A stretch of 64,000 bases of DNA from Cyanophora paradoxa CCMP329 (lineage: Eukaryota > Plantae > Glaucophyta), in NCBI GenBank assembly GCA_004431415.1, contig QPMI01000607.1, positions 1 through 64,000 on the forward strand, given 5' to 3'. Each line of letters begins with the position of its first letter. Within the stretch, counting starts at the first letter, position 1. A model generated the notes under the pieces. It searched no databases and had not been told where the DNA came from. It saw only the letters and a program-made list of their open reading frames with translations. The position numbers and the translations under genes were made by a program. Shown piece by piece: positions 13,794 through 27,795 of this stretch.

Positions 13794-16700
13794 GAAAATC
13801 TCTTGCATTAGCACACAACACAACTACAATGAGTTTCACATCGCCCAATAAATCTCTCCGACTAGATACTATCGAGGACCGTCGTATGCTGTGCTTTAGA
13901 AAGTACAAAATGAACGAAAGGTTTGAAGGTTTCGTGTCTAGATATCTAGCTAAGGAGGTTTCTAACTAATACTAATGATGTGGAAGCTAGCTGTATCGAT
14001 TTCTAAACCAACCTAAACTCCCGGCTACGAGGTCCTATCTCTACAAAAGACTCCCAATCATGGTATGTCCGCCGCCAGCGCTGCCAAGGGCCTCGCCGCG
14101 CCGTGTGCCAGGCTCCTCGCCAGCCCCAGTAGATTGGGCTACTGGCCGCCTCCTGCCGTCGCCTCCGCCGCCTCCATTTGTTGGTGTTGCGTCCTCCGGC
14201 CCCGCCCCCAGACCGCAATCCCCCAGTGTCTCCCTCTAGCGCGGGCGCGCCCTCTGTGTGCCCACGCCCCAAGCATACCTGTTCGTATGGTCGTATACTT
14301 GCATGGCCGCTGAAGCCCGGACCCAGCCGTAGTCGTCTGGCGGGCAGCTCAGGTGTGAGAGGGCTAGGGTTTCCCCGCCTTGGTGGCGGGACTCGAGGGC
14401 ACCGCACTCCCTGCAGCGTTCCCGCTGCCGGGGCTCCGGATCCGCGCGCTTCCTGCGAGCGTTGCCAGCCGTATCGTCAGGCGGCGCGTCGGCCTCGCGC
14501 CCGCGCGCCTCAGTGCGCTTCGCCTTGGCGCGACGTTCTTTCATGACCTTCGTGATCCCGCACGCCTTCTCCCACTCCGCGTACGCCTGGCATCTGGCGG
14601 CCCACGTTTTATGGGCCTGCTCGCCTATGGCCGTCGTCAGCTTGCGCACGACCTGGGCAGCTTTCTTGGCGTCCGTGACGGTCTCGCGAATCATATCGGT
14701 GAGGCCCGCCGGGGGCAGCCCCCGTAGCACGCACATCTGCGCCTGCCGTTCAGCTGCCGTGAGCGTCGGGTCGTTTACTCTCGTGACCTTCAGGGAGCTG
14801 GAGAGCGCGTGTGGCACTGACCGCTTCTGCGCGCCTTCGAGGGCCTCGCTGACCGTCGCTGCGATGCGTGCTTCCGCAGCGGTGCGCGCCTCCGTCGCCA
14901 CCGCGCTGGGGCAGGTGAGGACGTGCTCCAGCGTCTCCTCGGGCCCAGTCACAAGCTGGGGCCGGCCGTCGCCATCGATTTCCCGTGTGCTGCAGAGCGC
15001 ACAGAGTCCTGCCGGGTTCACTTCGCTGTAGAGCTCGGGCGCGTCTCGCTTGCGGACGAGGGCCGTCGCCACCGTACCCAAAACGAGTTTCATGTGCGTA
15101 CCCCGGAAGCAGTTGCTCTCTCGGCTCACTCCGACTCGGCGGGGCCCCATAGCCATCTGATCGTATACTGCGCCGTGATCCACTGGCAGCCGTAGCCACT
15201 CCCCGGCCTTGAGCTGGTTCGCCCACGCGAAGTGCGTGTGGTGCGCGTGAAGCACAGCGGCGTGCCGCCGAGGGTCGCCTTCGACTCGCCTGACTATCCC
15301 GGTCGGTCCCTCGATCGTCAGCACTGCCGGCATGCTGAACTCGGGCGGCAGGAAGATGTTCTCGTCCAGTTCCTCCTGTTCCAGGTGCGCGCCTTGATCG
15401 GCCGCTCTGTCGGCGGCGTCGTTTAGCTCGTGCATATCCTCGTCGCTGTGCGCCTTGACCTTGATAACCGCAGCCGGCCGCTGCCGATCCCGTCCCATCA
15501 CCAGGGCGCGGAACTTGGACCACGCGTACAGCTCAGCGCTGCACGTGTTCCGGATGTAGTCTCGCATGTGCATATCGTGCGCATTCAGCACGAACTTATC
15601 GAACCACGTGCAGACGTTCTGACTGTCCGTGTGCAGGCGCACCCCTGCGCCGCGAGCACGTCGGCGACGATCGCAGCCTGGAGCTCAGCCTTGTTGTTCT
15701 CTTGAAGCCCGCGCAGCCTGCCAACGTACGTGCCTGCCCATTCCGGGTGGTTCGCCACGGTCCCGTCCGGGAACTCAGCCGGGCTCACGACGCCGAGGCC
15801 CGCGTGCGCCCCTTCCGTTTGACCCTTCTTCAGGCTCCCGTCCGTCCATATCCACTGCTCGAGTTTCCCCGGGCGACGGCCGAGCTTCGCGAGTTCCGCC
15901 TCTTCGATCTGCTCCCAATTTGCCAGCATGTGCTGCCAGTAAACGGTGAGGGTGACCCCTTCCTGCGCCGCCCGGGAGTCCCAGTGGCGCGGCGCTCCGC
16001 CCGCGTAGTAGAGTTCGCTCTGCTCTGCTGAATCTGACACAGGTTGTGCCTCGTCCCGCGGCTCGGCGCCCGGCGTCGCCGCCGCAGCCACTTCCAGCGC
16101 GGCCTGCAGCTCAGCCTCGGCCTCCGGGCTCAGCTGTTCGCGGAGGAAGCGCTCGTCACCATCCTGTACGGCTTTCACGCGGGCCTGGAGAAGCAGCGCC
16201 CTGCGTTTCTCGTCGTCTTGCGTGCGCAGGCCCGGGTCGTAGTACTCCAAGGTCGGTCGCAGGGCGACCTGCTTGCGCCCGCGCTTCGACTTCGTCTCCT
16301 GACCCGCCGCTACCGCCGGCGTCTCCTCCGTCGGTTCGCCTTCCAAGGCGAGGAGGGTATCCTCCTCCTCCCACCAGCCCTTCCCGTGCGTCCACGAGCC
16401 GTCGCACTGACTCATTTCGGGGCAGCGCGATGGAGCATTGCGCGTGCACCGGTCGTCATGGTGCCAGTACTGCTTCCCTGTCCCCTGCACCGCCGTGTAC
16501 GTGCTCGTCCGCCCCTCTATTTCGGGGTGCCGGCAGTGACCGTCGCACCGGCAGTAGAGTCCCTCTTTCTCCGCGTCGGGGTCCGCGCCCTTTGGCACCG
16601 GCACCCAGTGCTCCAGCAGGTACTCCGACGCTAATATGCTGCCCGTCTCGGATTTGAACGTAACGACTCGCCCCACGTGGGGCTCGGCAGATTCATCGTG

Positions 16701-19700
16701 CAGTTGCTCCGCCTCAAATACGGCTACGAACGCGTCCTTTGCCCACTTCACCTTCCGGGCCCCGCCAGGGAGCGAGGCCATGGCTGACGCGCGCTCTCCT
16801 GCCCGCCGCATCGGGTGCCGCAGCTGCTTCCCATCAACCGCGAGCGCGTTCGCTACCTCACGCCACCACGCAGGCTCGCTCTTCTGCAGCGTTCCCTTGG
16901 GCGCGCCCATGTACAGGTCCTGCCAGGTTCGCAGGGTCTCGCCGTCCGCTGCCGTCACCGCGTCCATGGTCGTCACGCCCGCCCCGTACAGGGCAGGGGC
17001 CGCGACGCTGAAGACGGATCTTGGGATGTGCATTGCCACGACGTAGCGCCGGTCGAGGCGCTCCGGGTCAGGCCAAGGCTCCGCCCCGGGCAAGGTGCGG
17101 AACGCCGCATAGCGCGCGTGATTCGACATCAGCCGGTACTTACGGCGCTGCATTTGCGGCATGATCGCCGCCAGGGAGTTCCCGCGGGCGAGTTCGCTGG
17201 AGATGGGCGCGTTTAGGAACTCGGTCGGGAGCAGAGGCACCCCAAGCTTCTCCTGCAGTGCGCGCACCCGGTGCCGTACCCCCCGAGCCAGCAGCGAGCC
17301 CTCGGGCGCGCAGAGCCGGATCTGAGCCTCTGTGATTTGCGCCTCCGCTTGCAGGTGGGCTGTTCGTTTGAGGCTGTACCCCCCGTGGCTCCAGATTGCG
17401 TAATTCGTCGTCGAGGCGGCGAGGTTCCCGTGGTGCTTGACGACCCTCATCCAAATACGATCGAGTTCCTGGCACTGACTCTCGCTCAGGGTCATGAGCT
17501 TCAGGCCGTACGAGATGCGGGCCTGCACTACGGCCTCGACAAGGTAGCAGGCCTCGTTCGCGGTGAGCTTCTTGCGTTCTATCAGCGCGACTGCGCCCCG
17601 CGCCTGATCGCAGATGTACTGCCACTGACGATCCCAGTTCAGGTTTGCGCTCATGTATACCCGAGGAGCTTGAAGTGCTCTTGGGGCTGGCGGACAAGTC
17701 CGACGGGGGTACCGTTGATCTTCGGCGGGGAGGGCTGCTTCTCCTTCTTCTTCGCGGCGGGGTGGGCCCCAGGTTTGCTCTCAACTTCGCGACGTGCGTT
17801 GTTCCACGTGAAGATCGTCTTCTTCGCGTTGACCTCGATATCGTGCAGGCGGAAGAACTCGCCGGCCACGTCGGCCTGGGCCTGTAGCCCCCGCATGCTT
17901 CCGCTCATCCACTTCGTGTCATCGGCGTACGCCACGCCGCTGACGCGGGCCCGGCCCTCGCGTTCCGCAGCATCGGTCTCCCTCGGGTTCCCCATCACGT
18001 ACGCCGTGCCCGGCTCCTCCCAGCTCTCGGGGTGGGCATAGTGCTCTATCGTCTTTGCCGTCTTCTTTCCGTGCTGGCGCTCGTGCTGATCCAGGCGCTC
18101 TTGCGCGCAGAGGAGGGCATCGTAGAAGATCAGCCAGTGCAGCGGCGACTCGACACCGCCCTGCGGCAGCCCGCACTCGAGCTCGAACTCGTCGGAGAGG
18201 CCGTGACCGGAGATTGCCCGCGCCCTGCGGCGCCGGAATATGTTCCTGTGGAGCTCGATGTACCCCTCGGGTACGTTCAGCCTCCGCATCGAGAGCTCCA
18301 TGCTCTCCCACGAGACGGAGTCGTACGCTCGCCTGATATCCTGCAGCAGGATGTACAGGGCTTCTTGAACTCCTTCGCGTCCTCGAGGACTGCGTTAAAG
18401 ACGTGGAGGGCGTCGTCCGTCGAGCAACCAGGTCTGAAGCCGTAGTTGGCCCCTTTCAGGAGCCCGTTCTGATGGATTGTCCGGGACAGGCGCGCGTTCA
18501 GGAGGCCAGTGGTCAGCTTCAAGGCCACCTCCTGCAGGGTGATCGGTCGCAGGTTATTTTCGATATCCCCGTCCCACTCCCGGCTCTTAGTAATGCCGAG
18601 AATGTTGCCCTGACACACGGCATCCGGCAGGTCCCGGAGGCGGATCGCTTCAGCCACCAGCGAGAGCAGCAGCTTCCGGTCCCAGTGTACGGGCTCCTCT
18701 TCCGTGGCCTCCTCGGCGCTCTCGTCGGCTGGGCTCGGGCCCTCCGGCGCTGGGCCACCGGCCTCGTCGCCCTTACCGTCTTTGGGCTTCGGCTTGGGCA
18801 CCGGCGCCCATAGGAACTTTACCATAGCATACGAGAAGTTCGACGGCCCGGCTGCCGTGTTTCTTAGCGTTTTAATGTAGTCGCCGAGCTCGCCTTCGCT
18901 CGGCACCGACATGTCGTTTCGGAATAGTTCAGGATCCGCGTATGCTTTTGGCTCGTATTCCAACCTCCAGAAGTCGAGCAGTTCTTTCCCCATGCTATCC
19001 TTCAGCGCGCTTTCCGGTATTGTCTCTGGGGTGCAGCCCACGCGTGGGCGTCGGCGCCGGCACCATTTCCGCCAGTGCTCTTTTAGGAGTCGTTTCACTT
19101 CCTCAGGCTCCGTGTAGATTTCATACGTTTTTCCGTCCTTGGACACACGCGTGATGTGCATGATCGGGCGGTTTCGCGGCTTTTCTAGCACCGCGGCTAT
19201 ATAGGATCCGAGCTGGCGGCCGTCCATGAACTTGTCTAGCCTCTCTTTTAATGCCCTCTCGACGTCCTCCGCCTGGAGCGCCCGGCGGATTTTCTGCAGG
19301 TCGTGCCGCGTCCGGTTTCGCCATACTTTCAGCTCCCGGAAGAAGGTCGCCCAGTCTTCTTTGAGCTGCCGCCGGTGCACCTCGGCCCAGTCCTCTTCCT
19401 GATCAGCCGGGGGGGTACCTGGGGACCGGGGTACGGCTGGGACCGGCGCGGGGCTACCGCTGCGCGAGCCTTGTGAGCTGTGCGAGCTCGAGTGCGCATG
19501 TGGGGATCCGGGCGGCGGTGAGCCTTGCTCAGCCCTTGCTTGGCGCCGTTCAGCCGGACGGAGCGGGAAGGGTCGGAGGCCTTCCCTGGCGGTCACGTAG
19601 TGCAGCAGCTTCTCGATCGCCTGGACCGTCAGCTCCGACGGGATCCCGCCTGGTTCCTTCCTCCAAGCAGCGAGAATGCGGGCGACTCTGGCGTCGGCCT

Positions 19701-22314
19701 TCGCCTGCCACGGCAGGTTGCGCGGCTTGGTCGGCTTCCCCCTCGGCCCCTCATGCATAGATGTTCCTTTGCCACCTCCTGAACAAGGCTCGCGCACGCA
19801 GCGTGGATGCGGCTCAGTCGTTCGAGACGCTCTTCCGGCGTGCCCTCGCCGACGGCGTCAAGGTCCGCCCCGACAGCTTCGCCGAGCTGCCTGTTTAGCT
19901 CTCTTTTCAGCTCATCTTTCTCGTTTTGTGTGCGCTTCAGGCCGTCCGGGTCAAATACTGGTGGCCCGGGTTTCGGTTCTGGCTTCGGTCCCACCGGCGC
20001 TGTCATGCCCGCCTCCTTCAGGTCGAAGTCCGCGAACGCTGGATAGTGGTCCGAGTCGTGCGGCGCATCGACCCACGCGGGGCACGTGTGCGCGCTGAGG
20101 AGCACGTGATCCAGTGATTCCGAGACCAGCACTGCATCGATGCGCGCCGCGTGCCAGAGCGCATCTTTTGGTAGGTCAGCCGGCGTTTCCTCCTCTGCTT
20201 CGCGTTCCGCGTCCTCTGACTCGTCTACGCCGTCTGACGGCACAGGTGCCGCCGCCGCCCCGACCGACGCCCCTTGGCCCTTGCTTCCGTGCGGGGTGCG
20301 GTGCGTGATCTCGCGTGCTCCGCAGAGAGTTCCGTCATCATGTTTCGCCGCGTGGGACATCCCGGCGTCGCGCAGGTCCCACGAGTCGATCATCGTGTGC
20401 CACCACTTCCGTTCGGCTTTGTGGCTCTGGGCCAGGGCGCCGTTTCGGATGCGCGAGCTCGACGGGACCGGGACCGAGTTCCAGTCTCCCAGGAGCAGCA
20501 GGTGCGCGTTTTCACGCTCGTAGAAGTCGTCGTACATCTTCGTCAGTTCTTCGACGACCTTCTCCTGATCCTGGCGATGCGCAGCTTTGCTCTCGGACGC
20601 GGGCATGTACACGCTCGCCACGAAGAGCTGGAGGTTCCCTTTGAAGCGGAGCTCGAATCCGATCAGCCGGCCCTGGACCTCGTACTTCGTCGTGAGGTGC
20701 TTGACCCATTGCGGCGCGACCCAGAGAGCGGCGCCGCTCCCTCGCGTTCCGTCTCCTGATTTTAGCGTGTACAGGAGCTTTCCGTGCGTTATCGCGCCTT
20801 CCGGCTGGAGCGGGTCCTCCCCTCTCGACCTCAGGGCGGCGGCCATCTGGGGCCTTGTCATCGACAGCTCCTGCACGCCCGCTACATCGACGTCCCAGCG
20901 GCAGCAGAATTCTTCTAGCTGCTGCAGCTTGTAGGCGCTGGACCCTCTCGTGTTGAAGGTCATGGTCCTCAGCACCCCGTCCGGTTTCTGCTTCCTGATA
21001 GCCGGCTCGTCCCCTATGAAGTCGCCACCTTCGGGGAACAGTCTGGGGGGAAAGACATTCTCCAGACGGAGCGTCGCAGCCGCCGCGGGTCCCGCGCCCC
21101 CGGCCTTCTTGTTCAGCTGCAGCTTGGTTGCATTTTGTTTCTTTTGGCCCGTCGGCTTGCTGCCGGACGCCTTTGTAGGTGGGGCTGCTTTTGCCGCGGC
21201 GGGGGCCGCGGCCGCAGATTTAGTTTTCTTTTTCATTTAGTAACATTAGATGCGTGGACTTTTTGCATCCCAGTGCCCCCGCGGATGTGCACGGGAAAGC
21301 TATGACCTGCGGGGCAGATACCGGTGGTGCGGTTGACAAGGCCTGAGCGGGGAGGTTACAGGCAAGCTTAAGCCTGCTAGAAGTGAAGGGATTCTCATTG
21401 TCAGAGCACAGAGCACAGAGGGAGCACAAAGGGCGGTGGCTAGCGATGCTCATGATCAAATCTAGACGCCGGCTAGCGCTGCGGCAACGGCCGCTTGCTG
21501 GGGGCACGCGCATATGCAGCCGGGCGGAGCGCGGGGCCAGCGACGAGGTCAAAAGGGCTTCCTCGGACAAGTCTTCGACTTGCAGGTCGTACTGGCTATG
21601 GTCTGATAGCGACGCATGCGCAGCTGGGCTGCTCTGCGCAACGAAGACGTGAACGTCAACGTGCAATCTCGAGGGCAGCAGGGATTCGTCGGCAGCACTT
21701 CTTTCAGAGACTAAGGCGGCATCCGGGGCGCGGCGTGGTCGCCGGCAGGAACTGGCATGGATCGTTTGCACTGCGGGCACGACTGAGTCGCCGGAGCTTG
21801 ACCCGGGGCCGGGAAAAGCTCGATCGGCGAAGAGACATTCCGAATCACGACTCGAAAGTCGGAGATCAAATTCCGTGGGCGCCCGGCGGGCCACCGAGCA
21901 ACAAGCGAAATCCCGGCGGGCCGAACGGACGTACGCGGCGGCGGCGGGGATCTAAGTCTATGTTTTAGAGGGTCTGGGCATGTGCACGCCGCCGCGAGGG
22001 AGCTTGCGCAGGCAGCGGGGGCACGAGAACTATTCAAATTTCGGGAACATGGCGCGCGCCAGAGGGCTTCCCCTGACTGAGAACAACTTCTATTCCATGG
22101 ATTTGGTGGCGAAAGGTCCGATTTTAGAGCGAAACGCGAGAGGACGGCCGGCATACCTCCATCTCCGGAATTCCGTTGATGTCGATACCACCGGGCGCGC
22201 CAGGGGCTACCGAATGCTTCTACGCTAGCCGCTGGTCCCGCCGCGCTTTTGCACGAGCAGGAAAGACGTTTTCAGGAAGCCCCCTTTTTTTGGGGTACAC
22301 GAAAAACTCTGACC
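13794..22314 (-). mobile_element. Non-LTR retrotransposon (L1/Proto1-like, APE-RT-RNase H-CCHC), ~8.5 kb, inserted in the satellite
   Basis: Flanked by the perfect 15-bp direct repeat TCGATCCTGCACGGC (13779-13793 and 22315-22329). The satellite resumes in register after the element. Confidence 0.95.
14236..21236 (-). CDS. Retrotransposon polyprotein (~2330 aa when joined), split by four 1-bp frameshifts (~19760, ~18358, ~17660, ~15645)
   Basis: APE motifs: TFNTRG, VAGVQE, GDWN, RIDAVL, SDHYP. RT motifs: LRPITL, NYGFRPG, QDIRRAYDSV (after frameshift), GLPQGGVESP, AYADD. RNase H motifs: WTDGS, NNKAEL, HTDSQ, KVKAHS, NDAAD. C-terminal CALC..ETLEHVLTC zinc knuckle. Confidence 0.9.
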
Positions 22315-22329
22315 TCGATCCTGCACGGC
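22315..22329 (+). repeat. Target-site duplication, right copy
   Basis: TCGATCCTGCACGGC, identical to 13779-13793. Confidence 0.95.
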
Positions 22330-25300
22330 CCCGGACATCTTTCCGCGCGCCGACGTCGCGGCGCATGCGCGGATCAATAGTATAAGCATTGGAGATGTAG
22401 AAAATGCATTCTCCATGCTTAACTGATGCGCCGGGCCGCCAGGATCCAGCCGACCCCAAAATTTGATCCTGGACGGACCTGCGCATCTTTCCGCACGCCC
22501 TCGCGTCCTCACCCATGCCCATCGCTACAGTATTTATTAAACATCTTTTCAAAGCGTTTCGCAAGCTCTGCGGACGCGACGGAGCACGAGAACCCAGCCG
22601 ACGCCAAATTCCCCATCCTGGACAGGCCTGCATGTATTTTCGCGCGCCCTCGCCTCCGTATCCCTGGACATCGATCATGTATGTATCCGAGAGTCTGTTT
22701 AAACGATTCACAAGCTCTACGCATGCGCCTGGCCGCGAGATTCTCAATCCTCCCGTCAACGCTCTCCTGTCAATTTCCTCAGCGCCTGCATGTATTTTCG
22801 CGCGCCCTCGCCTCCGTAGCCCTGCACATCGACAGAGAGCGCATTCCAGATTCTGTTTAAGCAATTCACAAGCTCTACGCATGCGCCTCGCCGCGAGATT
22901 CTCAATCCTCCCATCCGCGAGATTCTGTTTAAGAGATGCATGAACTCTGTGCATGCGCCTGCAGCTGGCCGCGAGAACCTCGCCCCTCCCCTCAACACTC
23001 TCCTGTCAATTTCCTCAGCGCCTCCAGGTCAACTACAGCTAGCTGATTGGCAGCACCATCCCTCCCCTCATTATATTCTCTCAGCCCCAGCAATATTAAT
23101 TCCCCTAATTACATAATTATATTCTCTGAACACAACTCCTCTCAGGACAACTCCTCCCCTAATTCTGCTCCCTCTCAGGATCCCTCCCCTCCCCTTTAAT
23201 TTCATCGCCCCGCCAGACCCCACCCTACCCCACCCGGCCCAGCCACGACGGCCCGCGATAAATAAGGGGACCGGGATGGGGACCGCGGCGACTCATGATT
23301 TAAATAGGGCATGGCGAGGGGCGGGCCGCGACGGGCCGCGATGAACAAGGGGGACGCAAAGGGGGCGGCAAGGGCTTCGCCCGATGGTTGGGACCCGCAG
23401 GGGCCCAGGGCTTGTCGGAAATCCAGATCGGAAATCCATATATTCCCTCTCAGGATCCCTCCCCTCCGCGGCCGCCAGGCCCCACCATACCCCACGTGCA
23501 CCCAGCCACCGAGAGCCACGACGGCCCGCGATAAATAAGGGACCGGGACGGGGACTTGGGGCAAAGGGAGGGGCGGGCCGCGACGGGCCGCGATGAACAA
23601 GGGGACGCCAAGGGGGCGACGGAGGCTTCGCCCGATGTTTGGGACCCGCAGGGGCCCAGGGCATGTCGGGCGAAGCCTCTTCCGTAGGTCGATGGTGAAC
23701 GGGCGAAATTATTTTTTTCCACTCGAATCCGATTGGTCCGAGCGTCGAGCTTGACAACCTCCACGATGAAGGCGAACAGTCTCCGACGTTACATAGCTGA
23801 ACACGGACATTACACTTATTTTTGGACTCGTGGCTCCCCTCAAATTCCGTCCGGACTCCTGGGTCCCCGCGCGAAAATCGAATTTCGCTCCTGGATCGAT
23901 TCCGGTATTTATACCCCCGGTTCGATCCATTACACTTATTTTTGGACTCGTGGCTCCCCTCAAATTCCGTCCGGACTCCTGGGTCCCCGCGCGAAAATCG
24001 AATTTCGCTCCTGGATCGATTCCGGTATTTATACCCCCGGTTCGATCGCGAAGCGCCAAAAAGTGGGACCCGGTCCCGCCCGGTCCCGCGACGAAAGCGC
24101 GCCAGGGATGTCCCAGAACGGTCACAATGACAGCCAAGAGCGCGCGCATTGTGGCAAGCCCGATTTCGGCCGCCGCCGACGCTCCACTCCAGAGAGTCGG
24201 CCGAAATTTTGATCCTGCCGGTTCCGCCCGGTCCCCCGACGCGCGCAATCGATGCGTACTGGCGCGCATAGACATAGCAGGGCCTGCGCACTCCAGATAT
24301 CCGCTTTTCGCAGCCGGAACAGCGCAGGAATGTGCCCGATGGCAAAAATTCGATCCTGCACGGCCCCGGACATCTTTCCGCGCGCCGACGTCGCGGCGCA
24401 TGCACGGATCAATAGTATAAGCATTGGAGATGTAGAAATGCATTCTCCATGCTTAACTGATGCGCCGGGCCGCCAGGATCCAGCCGACCCCAAAATTTGA
24501 TCCTGGACGGACCTGCGCATCTTTCCGCACGCCCTCGCGTCCTCACCCATGCCCATCGCTACAGTATTTATTAAACATCTTTTCAAAGCGTTTCGCAAGC
24601 TCTGCGGACGCGACGGAGCACGAGAACCCAGCCGACGCCAAATTCCCCATCTTGGACAGGCCTGCATGTATTTTCGCGCGCCCTCGCCTCCGTATCCCTG
24701 GACATCGATCATGTATGTATCCGAGAGTCTGTTTAAACGATTCACAAGCTCTACGCATGCGCCTGGCCGCGAGATTCTCAATCCTCCCGTCAACGCTCTC
24801 CTGTCAATTTCCTCAGCGCCTGCATGTATTTTCGCGCGCCCTCGCCTCCGTAGCCCTGCACATCGACAGAGAGCGCATTCCAGATTCTGTTTAAGCAATT
24901 CACAAGCTCTACGCATGCGCCTCGCCGCGAGATTCTCAATCCTCCCGTCAACGCTCTCCTGTCAATTTCCTCAGCGCCTCCAGGTCAACTACAGCTAGCT
25001 GATTGGCAGCACCATCCCTCCCCTCATTATATTCGATCTCTCAGCCCCAGCAATATTAATTCCCCTAATTACATAATTATATTCTCTGAACACAACTCCT
25101 CTCAGGACAACTCCTCCCCTAATTCTGCTCCCTCTCAGGATCCCTCCCCTCCCCTTTAATTTCATCGCCCCGCCAGACCCCACCCTACCCCACCCGGCCC
25201 AGCCACGACGGTCCGCGATAAATAAGGGGACCGGGACGGGGACCGCGGCGACTCATGAAATCAATATGGCACGGGAAGGGGCGGGCCGCGACGGGCCGCG

Positions 25301-27795
25301 ATGAACAAGGGGGACGCAAAGGGGGCGGCAAGGGCTTCGCCCGATGTTTGGGACCCGCAGGGGCCCAGGGCTTGTCGGGCGAAGCCTCTTCCGTATGTCA
25401 ATGGTGAACGGGCGGATCTATTTGTTTTCCACTCGAGTCCGATTGGTCCGAGTGTCCAGAGTCGCAACCTCCGCAATGAAGGCGAACGGTCTCCGACGTG
25501 ACACAGTAGAACTGACAGGCGGCCAACCTCCACTGATTTATTTTCGCAGTCATAGCTCCCCTAAAATTCCGCCCGTGAGCGTCGCGCGAAAATCGCATTT
25601 CCCTCACGGATCAATTCCGGTATTTATACCCCGGCTCGATCGCGAAACCCCAAAAAGTGGGACCCGGTCCCGCCCGGTCCCGCGACGAAAGGCCGCCATA
25701 GACGCCCCAGAGCGATGCAGAGTTACAGATTAGAGCGCGCACATCACCATGAGCTCGATTTCGGCCGCCGTCGATGCTCCAGTGCGAAGAGTCGGCCGAA
25801 ATTTCGACCCAGCCGATCCCGCCCGGTCCCACGACGCGCGCAATCGATGCATTCTCGCGCGCATAGACATAGCACGGCCTGCGCACTCCAGGAATCCGCT
25901 TCTCGGAGCCGGAACAGTGCAGGAAGGTACCCAGCGGCAACAATTCGATCCTGCACAGTCCCGGGCAACTTTCCGCGCGCCGACGCCGCGGCGCATGCGC
26001 GGAACAATAGCATATGCATTCGAGATGTAGACGAAGCCTTTTGCACGGGCTCCAAATGCGCCGGGCCGCGAGGACCCAGCCGACCCGAAAATTCGATCCT
26101 GCACGAACCTGCACATCTTTTCGCGCGCCCTCGCAGCCCCACGCATGCCCATCGCTACAGTATTCATTTAACATCTTTTCAAAGCCTTCTCCAAGCTCTG
26201 CGGACGCGACGAAGCACGAGAACCCAGTCGACACGAAAATTTCGATCCTGGACAGGCCTGCACATATTTCAACGCGCCCTCGCCTCTGCAGCCCTGCACA
26301 TCGATCCTTTATACATTCGAGATTCTGTTTAACCGATCTGCAAGCTCTACGCATGCGCCCGGCGGCCTGCACGCCACAATCTCGCCTCTCCTCTCAACAC
26401 TCTCCCCTCAATTGCTGGAATTGCCCCAATTGCAATCACAGCTATAACTACCTGCAGCTGATTGGCAGCACCATTCCTCCCCTCATTATATTCTCTCTCG
26501 ATCCGCCCCACCAATTTCCCTAATACCATAATTATATTCTCCCAGGACACCTGCTCTCAGGACAACGCCTTCCCTTATTATATTTCCTCTCACAAGCCCT
26601 CCCTACGAATCCCCTCTCACTCCCAGCCCCACCCATGCATGGCCATCCACTGAGAGCCACGACGGGCCACGATAAATAAGGGGCCGGGACGGGGACCGGG
26701 GCGAGTCATGATTTAGATAGAGCACAGCGAGGGCGGGCCGCGACGGGCCGCGATGAAAAAGGGGGACGCGAAGGGGGCGGCAAGGGCTTCGCCCGATGTT
26801 TGGGACCCGCAGGGGCCCAGGGCTTGTCGGAAATCCAGATCGGCGACCGAAATTCCTGTAACGTCCGAGAAACGTCCGTCCCACGTGTTCGCCCCGAACT
26901 CGTCCTGGATCAATTCACGCACTCACCTCAACAGTGACATGATGCACTGACATCACGCAACTACCCATCCAATTCCTCTCATGGATCAAATCTCCGGCTT
27001 GCATGCCGCCATATCCAGAATCAATTTCGATCCTGGCTCCCCTAAGACGATCGCTCTCCCTCCTGGATCGATTCCAGTATATCATAGTATATACCACGGT
27101 TCGATCGCGAAACTCCAAAAAGTGGGACCCGGTCCCGCCCGGTCCCGCGACGAAAGCACGCCAGGGACGCCCCAGAGCGGTATAGAATGAGAGCGGAGGG
27201 CGCGCGCACCGCTGCAAGCTCGATCTCGGCCGCCGTCGACGCTCCAGCCCGAACCTTTTTAAGAGTCGACCGAAAATTTGATCCAGCCGGTTCCGAATGG
27301 TCCCACGACGCGCGCAATCGATACGTACTGGTGCGCATAGACATAGTAGCACCTGCGCACTCCAGGAATCCGCTTTTCGAAGCGGAACAGCGCAGCAAGG
27401 TGCCCGGCGGCAAACATTCGATCCTGCCCAGCCCCGGACATCTTTCCCCGCGCCCACGCCGCGGCGCATGCGCGGAACAATAGTATATGCATTTCAGATG
27501 AAGATAAAGCAATCTGCATGCTTTACAGATGCGCCGGGCCGCGAGGACCCAACCGACCCCGAAAATTCGATCCTTGACGAACGTGTCCATCTTTCTGCGC
27601 GCCCTCGCATCCTCCCGCATGCCCATCGCTACAGTATGCATTTGAGAGCTTTTCCAAGCTTTGCGCAAGCTCTCTGGGGGCGAAAGAGCACCAGAACCCA
27701 GCCGACACCAACTTGGCAAATTTTCGATCCTGGACAGGCCTGGACATATTTCCGTGCGCCCTCGCGAGCGAGCTCGCCTCCGCAGCCCTGCATGC
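22315..27795. repeat. Macrosatellite array, continuation (more diverged distal units)
   Basis: Same unit markers at ~23390, 23640, 25349 and 26801. Internal 120-bp duplication at ~23808-24047. Confidence 0.93.

Noticed and set aside
14236-15000. Dualen/RandI-type restriction-like endonuclease after the CCHC motif
   Set aside because: No PD..D/E-K motif. The region instead shows the L1-like W..RC ending.
21220-22228. Candidate LINE ORF1 (21220-21894) or antisense ORF (21980-22228)
   Set aside because: No RRM, zinc-knuckle or coiled-coil features, and the composition looks non-coding. Treated as 5' UTR.
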